This document shows positions 1 through 7,686 of a stretch of 64,000 nt of DNA, piece by piece (positions within the stretch are counted from its first letter, which is position 1; every line of letters begins with the position of its first letter). The translations under genes were made by a program, and so were the position numbers. The stretch covers positions 7,190-71,189 of the forward strand of contig CAZOLO010000001.1 of NCBI GenBank assembly GCA_964581035.1. The letters are read 5' to 3'. The notes below the pieces were generated by a model. That model was not told where the DNA came from. It was given only the letters and a program-made list of their open reading frames with translations, and searched no databases. The stretch comes from an uncultured Candidatus Saccharibacteria bacterium. Its GTDB lineage: Bacteria > Patescibacteriota > Minisyncoccia > Phycocordibacterales > CSBR16-119.

Positions 1-18
1 ACAAATATTGATGGATAC

Positions 19-351
19 TTGGCCTCATCTAAGTTCATCACAAAAATGCTTGCTGTTCTTGTTATCGGAATAAATGGTGGAATTTTAAATCTTATAATAT
101 CTCCAAGAATTCAAGAGATCACATTTGGGGGGAAGCACACCCACCATGCTGGTGAGCTAGCAAGACTTAGAAAATTTGCATTTGCCACAGGTGCGATATC
201 TATTTCCTCATGGTTACTTGTTTTTGTTCTTGGTTCAATTAGGTCTATTCCATATACTGTAGGACAAGGTATTGGTTTATATGTAGTAGTTATATTACTG
301 GCTGTATTGGGAAGTCAGGTGTATGCTCACATGCTTTCTAAAAAGGCTTGA
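19..351 (+). CDS. hypothetical membrane protein
   Basis: 110-aa ORF with several hydrophobic segments; no recognisable motif. Confidence 0.4.
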   Translation: MASSKFITKMLAVLVIGINGGILNLIISPRIQEITFGGKHTHHAGELARLRKFAFATGAISISSWLLVFVLGSIRSIPYTVGQGIGLYVVVILLAVLGSQVYAHMLSKKA

Positions 352-418
352 TAAAAAGGCTTTTTTCAAGTATTCTTGTTTCTGCCGGCCTTAAAGTTAT
401 AGGTAGGCAGAAATATAT

Positions 419-494
419 GGTGGCTATGGTATAACGGTCATTACTTCGGTTTGTGGTACCGACAATTCGGGTTCGATTCCCGATAGTCACCCCA
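419..494 (+). tRNA. tRNA-His (anticodon GUG) with encoded G-1 and 3' CCA
   Basis: Hand-folded cloverleaf: acceptor stem gtggcta/tagtcac (one G-U), T-loop TTCGATT with stem tcggg/cccga, anticodon stem tcggt/accga, loop ttGTGgt, extra 5' G opposite discriminator C73, CCA encoded. Confidence 0.88.
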
Positions 495-575
495 TTCATA
501 TATATCAATGAGACCTTGTAATATAAGGTCTTTTTGATTGCTTGGATGATACCCCTAACAAGAAATCGAACTTTT
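487..575 (+). repeat. Intergenic repeat copy A (begins in tRNA-His 3' end; conserved hairpin agacctt..aaggtct + T-tract, then cacccctaacaRgaaatcgaa module)
   Basis: Near-identical to the copies at 3034, 4592 and 5558, aligned by eye. Confidence 0.75.
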
Positions 576-579
576 TGGT

Positions 580-1767
580 ATGATTTGTCTTATGGAAAAT
601 GAAAAATCAGAATATAAAGATCTAACTCAACACGAGCTTGAGGCACTAAAGAACGAATTTAATTTAGCAGATGCTCACACACACCAGTCTCAATCTGTAT
701 CACAGAGAAAAATTGTAGAAAGTCTGCCAGAAATTTGGTATGAATCTGAAAGACTAATGCAACACGAATCAGATGAACGTTTTATCAAGGCTTTTTTTAC
801 TTTTCATAAACAACCAAAAGCTCTGGAAACTCCATCAATGCTTGTTTATGCGTCATCTATTGCAATGGTTATTGCCTCTAATTATTTCAAGAAAAAAGAC
901 TTATCTGTCGCATTGATAAGTCCCTGCTTTGATAATCTTCCAGACATTATGAAGCATATGCAGATTCCTCTTGAGCCATTACTTGAAGAATGGATGCATA
1001 ACCCTGATGAGCTTTATGACAACCTTAAAAACAATGTTAAATCAGATGTTTTATTTATTGTAAGCCCAAACAATCCAACTGGATGGGAGCTCACAGGAGG
1101 GGTGGGGACAGACTTTAAGAAGGGATTTGAGGAGCTTATTAGATATGCAAAAGATCACAACAAGATTCTTTCTTTTGACTTTTGTTTTGCATCTGCAATT
1201 CTTCACGACGAAAATACGCCAACCTTTGATGTATATGGCCTCCTTGAAGAGTCTGGAGTTAGTTACGTTGCGTACGAGGACACAGGTAAAACCTGGCCTC
1301 TTCAAGATGCTAAAGCTGCCATCCTGAAATGTAGCAAGGATATTTACCCTGAACTGTACGATATTCATACTGCGTATCTTTTAAATGTTTCACCTTTTAT
1401 TTTGAATGTCATCACTGAGTACATAAATGATTCCATTAAAGATGGGGGAGATTCAATAATAGGCCTGCTTGAAAGAAATAAAGAGATAACAAAGAACTAT
1501 CTGGATGGTGAATATTTTGAAATGCATGAGCCTAAAATACCAATCAGCGTTGCTTGGTTAAAGATTAAAAATCCCAACATCAAAGCGACGGATCTTCAGA
1601 AAAAAATATACGAAAAAGCAAAAGTGTATGTGCTTCCTGGAACCTACTTCTTTTGGGATAACCCAGAAAAAGGAGAGAGGTACATAAGGCTCGCTCTTGC
1701 TCGTGATACAGAAATATTAGAAGGGGCAGTTAAGGCAATAGCAGAAATAATCCCAGATCTTAAATAA
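580..1767 (+). CDS. PLP-dependent aminotransferase (class I/II fold)
   Basis: SPNNPTG motif, candidate Lys in YEDTGKTW, C-terminal aminotransferase-like region; 395 aa. Confidence 0.6.
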   Translation: MICLMENEKSEYKDLTQHELEALKNEFNLADAHTHQSQSVSQRKIVESLPEIWYESERLMQHESDERFIKAFFTFHKQPKALETPSMLVYASSIAMVIASNYFKKKDLSVALISPCFDNLPDIMKHMQIPLEPLLEEWMHNPDELYDNLKNNVKSDVLFIVSPNNPTGWELTGGVGTDFKKGFEELIRYAKDHNKILSFDFCFASAILHDENTPTFDVYGLLEESGVSYVAYEDTGKTWPLQDAKAAILKCSKDIYPELYDIHTAYLLNVSPFILNVITEYINDSIKDGGDSIIGLLERNKEITKNYLDGEYFEMHEPKIPISVAWLKIKNPNIKATDLQKKIYEKAKVYVLPGTYFFWDNPEKGERYIRLALARDTEILEGAVKAIAEIIPDLK

Positions 1768-1768
1768 A

Positions 1769-2566
1769 ATGACAAAAAAAGGAGACATAAAAGGTTTATA
1801 TATTCCGATAATTACGCCTATGAAAAAGGGGAAGGTTGATCTTACCTCTATGGGTAGGTTGATGGATTTTGTTGATCCTTTTATTGATGGTTTTGCACCA
1901 TGCTTGTCTTCTGGGGAGGGTGATGTTTTAAATGATGAACAGTGGCAAGAGGTTGTTTCATTTGTTAAATCTAAAACCACTAAACCTATTTTTGTTGGAA
2001 TAAAAAGAGGATCAATTGAGGATGTATTAAGGTTAGCAAACGCTGCTAAAGAAATTGGGTGTGAAGGCCTTACAATTCCTGTCCCAAGTAATGATATAGA
2101 TGAAACAAAAAGATTTTTTGAAAAAATTACTTCTAACGTAGACTTACCAATTATTATTTATAATACGGAAACCAAAAACATAAAGACTCTCAGAGACCTA
2201 AAGGTCGTTGATGAAAATGAAAGGATTGTCGCCATTAAGGATAGCTCCATGAATAAAGGATTCTTTGAATCTGTTTGTTCTGCGCGGGTCTCAGGAGGGT
2301 TAAAAATGAACGCTTTGCAAGGATTAGAACACTTGTTGGATACTCCAGAGGGTTGTGACGGTTATTTGGTCTCACTCTTAAATGTGGAGCCAAAACTTAC
2401 AAAACAATACTTTCTTGAGAGGGGGGAAAAAGAACATCAAGAGATTATGGATAAGTTTTACGAGTATAACCTTGGCGGAGAATGGTTTGTTACATTAAAA
2501 GCACTGCTTTATGCGAGAGGTCTAATCTCTTCTGCTGAACAGGTTAAGCAAGAAATTAAAATATGA
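1769..2566 (+). CDS. DapA/N-acetylneuraminate-lyase family class I aldolase-like protein
   Basis: Pattern GLYIPIITP...VD...SSGEG...IYN...IVAIKDSS parallels the DHDPS/NAL layout including the Schiff-base Lys context; abuts the upstream gene. Confidence 0.5.
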   Translation: MTKKGDIKGLYIPIITPMKKGKVDLTSMGRLMDFVDPFIDGFAPCLSSGEGDVLNDEQWQEVVSFVKSKTTKPIFVGIKRGSIEDVLRLANAAKEIGCEGLTIPVPSNDIDETKRFFEKITSNVDLPIIIYNTETKNIKTLRDLKVVDENERIVAIKDSSMNKGFFESVCSARVSGGLKMNALQGLEHLLDTPEGCDGYLVSLLNVEPKLTKQYFLERGEKEHQEIMDKFYEYNLGGEWFVTLKALLYARGLISSAEQVKQEIKI

Positions 2567-3030
2567 AAAAATTTATAGACCACACTGTTTTTATGGGAAT
2601 GAATAGCTCTGATGATAAAGTTCGGATTGCTTGTAAAAACTTTTTTATCGAATCTTTAGAAAATAAAGAAAAGTTACATATGAGCCTTGAATCTGTTGGT
2701 ATGTGTGATGATATTGTTTGGGGCTACGAAAGAGAGGTGCAGGATAGTTATTATCCTTTTATGGACAAGTTACACACGGTTATGGATGTTGAAAGAATCG
2801 CCTATGGAGAAGAAGACATTTTAGGTATTAATTCAAACTCAAATCTTTCAATTACGGATATCCTGACGATAAACCAGTCTTTAAAAGGTATTCTATATAC
2901 TTTGAATAAAAAAATATTGTCTTCTGATAAAGAAAATATCATGTCGCCAGAGATGTCAAATGAAGAACTTGTTTTCCCTGATGGTTTGGAGGAAGACTAT
3001 CAAACCTCGCTTGTTTTAAGATATAAATAG
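2563..3030 (+). CDS. hypothetical protein
   Basis: 155-aa ORF; its start overlaps the upstream stop (ATGA), so likely the same operon. Confidence 0.4.
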   Translation: MKKFIDHTVFMGMNSSDDKVRIACKNFFIESLENKEKLHMSLESVGMCDDIVWGYEREVQDSYYPFMDKLHTVMDVERIAYGEEDILGINSNSNLSITDILTINQSLKGILYTLNKKILSSDKENIMSPEMSNEELVFPDGLEEDYQTSLVLRYK

Positions 3031-3033
3031 GTT

Positions 3034-3171
3034 TTTAGTTCTAAAACTTTCCACCAAACGACCCCATTCATATATATCAATGAGACCTTGTAATATAAGG
3101 TCTTTTTGATTTCTTGGGTTACACCCCTAACAGGAAATCGAAATAAGAGATTCGCTTAACGGCAGGGTTTT
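3034..3171 (+). repeat. Intergenic repeat copy B (agttctaaaactttccaccaaacgaccccattcatatatatcaatg + hairpin + cacccctaacaggaaatcgaa + ttaacggcagggttttt tail)
   Basis: Aligned by eye to copies A, C, D and E. Confidence 0.75.
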
Positions 3172-3174
3172 TGT

Positions 3175-3951
3175 TTACATTTTCTTTGATTTCTCCCAGA
3201 TAAAATCGAACCAGGTTGAAAGCATTATTGCCATGCTTTCATTCTCTATGAGTGTTCCAAATAGGTTATCCTTAAGAGAGTAAAGGGCAATCTTGTTATC
3301 CCAAATAATTATATTTGATTTCATTCTTATTTTACCTTTGGGTCTTTTTCTTAAGTCTCTTAGGTATTTTTTATCATTCTCAAAAACTTCACCAGGTAAT
3401 CTTTTTGAGTCAGGGCGAATACCTTTAAGTTTTTTGCTATCTCTAAATCGTTTCTCATGGTATTTAGTTATGAAATCCTTACCCAGCTTTTCTGCTACAT
3501 CTAATTCGGAACCTGCGATTCTAATAACACCATCCTCTGAATCAAGGCTCTTCCACAAAAGTTTTTGTAAATTATCAGCTCCCTCATAATAAGAAACTTT
3601 AGTTGTGGATGAAGTGTTGTCAGATTGTATATCCTCAAAGAAGGGGAGCAATGTATTAAGCTCATTTTTTAAGTCAGAGATATGGGACTCTTTATTCTCC
3701 AGAAGCTTAATAAGTTCTTGTGGTCTAACAGCCTCAAGTTTTTTCCCATAAGCCCCTCCTGTTGTATGACAGACCCCTTTCTTTTCCAGCTTTTTGGCTA
3801 TGTCATAAAGGTTCGTTCTTGTTGATTGGGTTCCTTTTGCCACGCTTGTCATCAGCTGGGGGCCTTTCTGTAGACAGTATAAATAAACACGAATCTCTTT
3901 CGTGGACAGTTCTAATTTTCCGAGAAACTGTTTTATTTTGTTGCTTTTCAT
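3175..3951 (-). CDS. TrmB-family transcriptional regulator
   Basis: N-terminal wHTH resembling TrmB (LELSTKEIRVYLYCLQKGPQLMTSVAKGTQSTRTNLYDIAKKLEKKG). Confidence 0.5.
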   Translation of the reverse strand: MKSNKIKQFLGKLELSTKEIRVYLYCLQKGPQLMTSVAKGTQSTRTNLYDIAKKLEKKGVCHTTGGAYGKKLEAVRPQELIKLLENKESHISDLKNELNTLLPFFEDIQSDNTSSTTKVSYYEGADNLQKLLWKSLDSEDGVIRIAGSELDVAEKLGKDFITKYHEKRFRDSKKLKGIRPDSKRLPGEVFENDKKYLRDLRKRPKGKIRMKSNIIIWDNKIALYSLKDNLFGTLIENESMAIMLSTWFDFIWEKSKKM

Positions 3952-4039
3952 GAAGTGTTGTCGAAAGTATTACGACATGTGTACATACTATTCTATATTC
4001 TATATATTGCAAGTAGATCAATCTTTAAAAAACAGAAAA

Positions 4040-4540
4040 ATGAAAAGGAGATTAATAGACGAGTATGTGCTTTATCCAGAATTATCGCAAAAATACTTCA
4101 AGCAGTATTTTGAAAGAGATACCAAAAGTCTTTATGAATTCTACAATTTAGATTTAACAGAAATTAAGGTGTTTAGAAATCTTCACATGTTAGAGGGCGT
4201 GGGTATGGAGTTAGAAATTCCAAAGAGGTTACAGGCTTTGAATAAAAATACCCATGGAGGATGCCTTTCTTTTATCTTTGACGCTGTTATGGGTGTCGGT
4301 CTGGGTTTTCCCATGCTTATGCCAGAAAACTGCATTATGCAAACACGAGAGATTACAAAGATTGAAATCTTTAAACCGGTACCCACAGGAGAGAAAGTTC
4401 TTATCGTAGCAGAGATTGTAAAGTCGGTGGAGAACAGGAAGTTCTGGGTGAGTTCAGAGATCAGGAACAAGCAAAGGGAGACCTTGGCTGTAGCTGAAGG
4501 TTTCTTTCTAAAGGTTCAGATAAATGACTTATTAGATTGA
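4040..4540 (+). CDS. PaaI/4HBT-type hotdog-fold thioesterase
   Basis: NTHGGCLSFIFDAVMG motif plus C-terminal hotdog pattern; start moved to internal ATG 4040 (MKRRLIDEY) because the track ORF start at 3902 overlaps the divergent regulator. Confidence 0.5.
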   Translation: MKRRLIDEYVLYPELSQKYFKQYFERDTKSLYEFYNLDLTEIKVFRNLHMLEGVGMELEIPKRLQALNKNTHGGCLSFIFDAVMGVGLGFPMLMPENCIMQTREITKIEIFKPVPTGEKVLIVAEIVKSVENRKFWVSSEIRNKQRETLAVAEGFFLKVQINDLLD

Positions 4541-4547
4541 AATATAA

Positions 4548-4575
4548 TAAAGCCCCTTCATATTTTGGAGGGGTT
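4548..4575 (+). terminator. rho-independent terminator hairpin
   Basis: cccct...agggg stem followed by TTTTT. Confidence 0.5.
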
Positions 4576-4591
4576 TTTAATTTGGCAATAT

Positions 4592-4701
4592 CTTAGTTTT
4601 AAAACATTCCACCAAACGACCCCATTCATATATATCAATGAGACCTTGAAACACAAGGTCTTTTTGATTACCCAGGTGGCACCCCTAACAGGAAATCGAA
4701 C
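4592..4701 (+). repeat. Intergenic repeat copy C (hairpin loop variant gaaacaca)
   Basis: Aligned by eye to copies A, B and D; contains inverted CCACC...GGTGG flanking the hairpin. Confidence 0.75.
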
Positions 4702-4834
4702 TAAAAATGTAGAATTTGTAATTTTTTGACAAATTTGCAAAAACATTTTTTGTTTGTTATTTTGTAAGTATAGACACCTTAGAACGTCATATATGGTGTA
4801 AAGGTAATTATTAGATTTAATTTTTTTAATAAAT

Positions 4835-5557
4835 ATGAAAACAAAAACAAAAGTTTTAACAAAAGAGGTAATGTCAGCAGTTGTTCTTATGTCATTCCTG
4901 CTTATACCACTCTTCGGAGCATCGGCTCAGATCGGATTGGATCTTAATGGAGAGACTAACTCTGAGACATCGGTAGGCGGAGACGGTGATGCCTCTATGG
5001 ATACAACATCAGAAGTTAACGTAAATCTTGACTCTAGCTCTAACACAAATACTAATAATGAAAATGGACTCACTGTTGAGGTTGATGGAGTAGATCTTTC
5101 AGTCGAATCATCATCTCAGGTAAATTCAGAAGCAGATCTTTCAGCATTTAGTTCTAATACTGAAATGAAGAACGAAAACATTGCAAAAGTTAAGGTTGGC
5201 GGTGATTCGTCAGGTGAAGCTGAGGCAAAGATTGTCTACAAGCATGATGCAAAATTCCTTGGATTTATTCCTGTAAAGATTAAATCTCGAACAACTGTTG
5301 AGTCAGAGACTCAGGGAGAAGTTAAGGTGCGATCAAGATTAGCTTGGTGGAGCTTCTTTGCAAGTAATATTGCATATAACAAATCAGACGTTGAGTCTCG
5401 AATTAAAAACAACGCACGAGTACAGGCCAGATCTCAAGTTGGACTTAATGCTAAAGCAAAAGCTGAAATTGCAGAGGAGGTCATTTCTGAAATTAAGGCA
5501 AGCACAGAAGCAGCTGCACAAGTAAAAGCTTCAGGTTCAGCATCAGTTGGATACTAA
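4835..5557 (+). CDS. secreted low-complexity (Ser/Thr/Asn/Glu-rich) protein
   Basis: N-terminal signal peptide (MKTKTKVL...LIPLFGASAQ), then compositionally biased sequence. Confidence 0.5.
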   Translation: MKTKTKVLTKEVMSAVVLMSFLLIPLFGASAQIGLDLNGETNSETSVGGDGDASMDTTSEVNVNLDSSSNTNTNNENGLTVEVDGVDLSVESSSQVNSEADLSAFSSNTEMKNENIAKVKVGGDSSGEAEAKIVYKHDAKFLGFIPVKIKSRTTVESETQGEVKVRSRLAWWSFFASNIAYNKSDVESRIKNNARVQARSQVGLNAKAKAEIAEEVISEIKASTEAAAQVKASGSASVGY

Positions 5558-5632
5558 AGTAGTTCTAAAACTTTCCACCAAACGACCCCATTCATATATA
5601 TCAATGAGACCTTGAAACACAAGGTCTTTTTG
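5558..5632 (+). repeat. Intergenic repeat copy D (left arm + hairpin; right arm replaced)
   Basis: Identical left arm and hairpin (loop variant gaaacaca); the downstream module differs from copies A-C. Confidence 0.7.
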
Positions 5633-5681
5633 AGGTGAGTCGCCATCTAGGTGGTAGAGGGCTCCCTGAGATAGGATTACT

Positions 5682-6236
5682 TTGATGTATAATAAAATTA
5701 TGAATCACGAACATCACAATCATTCAGGTATGAAAATTCATACCGAACAAAAGAAAGGTTTTAAACAGTTTATTCCACTTGTTTTTATGGCGGCAGTGGT
5801 GGTTGTACTCACTCTTGTTTTTAATGCAATCTGTCCACTAGAAGCACCTGTGCCAGTTATGAGAAATTTCATGGGTTCATTTTTCTTGGTCTTTGGACTC
5901 CTTAAACTTTTCAAGTTAAAAGATTTTGCTACTGCATATGCCAAGTATGATCTGCTAGCAATGAGATCAAAATTATATGCAAAAGCATATCCCTTTATTG
6001 AGCTTGCGTTGGCGGCGGTCTACTTGTTTAATTTTGAATTACTTATCACCAGCTGGGTGACTGCAGTTTTGATGCTTGTGGGTGCGCTTGGTGTGTATAT
6101 TAAACTTAGAAAGAAAGAAGAGATTCAGTGCGCATGTCTTGGAACCGTGTTTAAGCTGCCGATGACATATGTTACTCTTGTTGAAGACTTGCTTATGGCT
6201 GGCATGGCGATTTATATAATAATTAAATTAATTTAG
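5682..6236 (+). CDS. MauE/DoxX-like polytopic membrane protein
   Basis: Four or five TM segments with a C-terminal CACLG motif; family assignment is tentative. Confidence 0.4.
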   Translation: MMYNKIMNHEHHNHSGMKIHTEQKKGFKQFIPLVFMAAVVVVLTLVFNAICPLEAPVPVMRNFMGSFFLVFGLLKLFKLKDFATAYAKYDLLAMRSKLYAKAYPFIELALAAVYLFNFELLITSWVTAVLMLVGALGVYIKLRKKEEIQCACLGTVFKLPMTYVTLVEDLLMAGMAIYIIIKLI

Positions 6237-6241
6237 AAAAT

Positions 6242-6709
6242 ATGAATAAAAAAGTAACAAATATAATTTTAGGACTTATTGGAATAGGGGCTATTGTTCT
6301 TCTTGTTTGGGGAGGGGGTAATTCTTCGGTTGAAGAAAATCCAATTGTTTCAACAAGTGGAACAGAGGTTCCATGTCTTCCAAATGGTCACCAAGCTGTG
6401 GCTCAGCACATTCACCCAGTTATCAGCATTAGTGTTGATGGAGAAGAAGAGTTTATTCCAGCAAATGTTGGTATTGAGGGTCTGTGTATGAGAGAGGTTC
6501 ATACACATGACGCAACAGGGACGATTCATATCGAAACAAAAGAGGTAAACACGACATACACACTGCCTGACTTCTTTGCTGTGTTGGGAGCGCCTATGGA
6601 GCGAGAGGGGTACTCTATGACAGCAACAAAAGACGAGGAAGAGGTTTCTCCAGAAGAGCTGGTTTTCGAGGATGGCTCAATGGTAGAGGTTAGATACATT
6701 TCAATTTAG
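6242..6709 (+). CDS. membrane-anchored hypothetical protein with His-rich motifs
   Basis: N-terminal TM anchor; HIHPV...EVHTHDATGTIHIE motifs; two Cys residues. Confidence 0.45.
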   Translation: MNKKVTNIILGLIGIGAIVLLVWGGGNSSVEENPIVSTSGTEVPCLPNGHQAVAQHIHPVISISVDGEEEFIPANVGIEGLCMREVHTHDATGTIHIETKEVNTTYTLPDFFAVLGAPMEREGYSMTATKDEEEVSPEELVFEDGSMVEVRYISI

Positions 6710-6877
6710 TTCTAGCTCCTTCATTAAACGACTCAAAATAGACACAACAGTATATACATACCCCAGGACATCCTCTGTTTCGCTTTAAATTCAAAATAGG
6801 CGCACAGCTACTTTTTTCGCTCATCTTGAGCAAAGCTCAATTCACCTTAAAAACCTTGATTAACGGCAGGGTTTTTA
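6710..6877 (+). repeat. Degenerate repeat copy E ending in the ttaacggcagggttttt 17-mer
   Basis: agttcta...aaacgac left end is similar to copies B-D; the 3' 17-mer is identical to 3155-3171. Confidence 0.5.
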
Positions 6878-6900
6878 TTTTTTCTTGCTATACTTAACAA

Positions 6901-7659
6901 ATGGAAATATTAATTACATTACTGGTTTCGCTAGGTATTAATCTAACTATGTTTATACCGGCTTTTATATTTAAAACAGACAAATTAACCGACATTTCAT
7001 ATGCTGTTACCTTTGTTGTTGTTGCATTGTTTGGTTTATTATCTGGTGAAATCTCACTACTAAAAATTCTATATGTCGCAGCTATCGGTCTTTGGGCTAT
7101 TAGACTTGGCTCATATCTTCTTATTCGTATTCGAAAAATTGGTAGAGACAAAAGATTTGATGGCAAGAGAGATAATTTCTTTTGGTTTCTTCGGTTTTGG
7201 GTTTTGCAAGGTATTACTGTTTGGGTGGTGATGATACCGGGAACATATTTTCTAAATGGTTCAGTTTCAAAAAATCTTCTTTGGCCTATTTTGGGAATAA
7301 TTGTTTTTGTTGCAGGTCTTTTGATTGAGACTTTTGCTGATTTGCAAAAATATAGATTTATCAATAATCCTGAAAACAAAGGTCAGTGGATAGATTCTGG
7401 ATTATGGTCTATTTCTCGTCATCCAAACTATCTCGGGGAGATTATGGTTTGGGTGGGGCTCTATCTTTTTGCAGCTCCTTCGCTTGTCGGAAATACAATA
7501 TGGGTAGGACTAATTGGGCCAGGATTTATCGCTTATATGATTATTTTTGTTAGCGGAATACCTATTTTGGAAAAGGGGGCAGACAAGATGTGGGGTGATA
7601 ATCCTAGATACCAAGAATATAAAAATAGAGCAGGAATGCTGCTTCCAAAAATATTTTAA
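6901..7659 (+). CDS. DUF1295 / steroid-5-alpha-reductase-like membrane protein (ICMT/PEMT superfamily)
   Basis: SRHPNYLGEIMVWVGLYL signature; polytopic. Confidence 0.6.
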   Translation: MEILITLLVSLGINLTMFIPAFIFKTDKLTDISYAVTFVVVALFGLLSGEISLLKILYVAAIGLWAIRLGSYLLIRIRKIGRDKRFDGKRDNFFWFLRFWVLQGITVWVVMIPGTYFLNGSVSKNLLWPILGIIVFVAGLLIETFADLQKYRFINNPENKGQWIDSGLWSISRHPNYLGEIMVWVGLYLFAAPSLVGNTIWVGLIGPGFIAYMIIFVSGIPILEKGADKMWGDNPRYQEYKNRAGMLLPKIF

Positions 7660-7686
7660 AAAAACCTCATAAATGAGGTTTTTTAT
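7658..7686. terminator. bidirectional terminator hairpin
   Basis: aaaaaaacctcataaatgaggtttttt between convergent genes. Confidence 0.55.

Noticed and set aside
1051-1368. Minus-strand 105-aa ORF (and a 66-aa plus-frame ORF at 1127..1327) inside the aminotransferase gene
   Set aside because: Fully embedded in a longer ORF with clear family motifs; a typical antisense or out-of-frame artefact in AT-rich DNA.
3902-4039. 5' extension of the thioesterase ORF overlapping the divergent TrmB gene
   Set aside because: The upstream portion (MDSSNFPRNCFILLLF...) is Cys-rich junk with no homology pattern, and it overlaps the convergent coding region. The internal ATG at 4040 gives a sensible hotdog protein.
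487-6877. CRISPR array interpretation of the five repeats
   Set aside because: The repeat units are ~100 bp, not 24-48 bp. The 'spacers' are 0.7-2.5 kb and contain full genes. No cas genes are present.
419-6900. Calling the cassette array a classical integron
   Set aside because: No IntI gene is in the window. The repeats lack the R''/R' consensus (RYYYAAC/GTTRRRY), and gene orientation is mixed. I report it as an integron-like or tandem att-site array, not a canonical integron.
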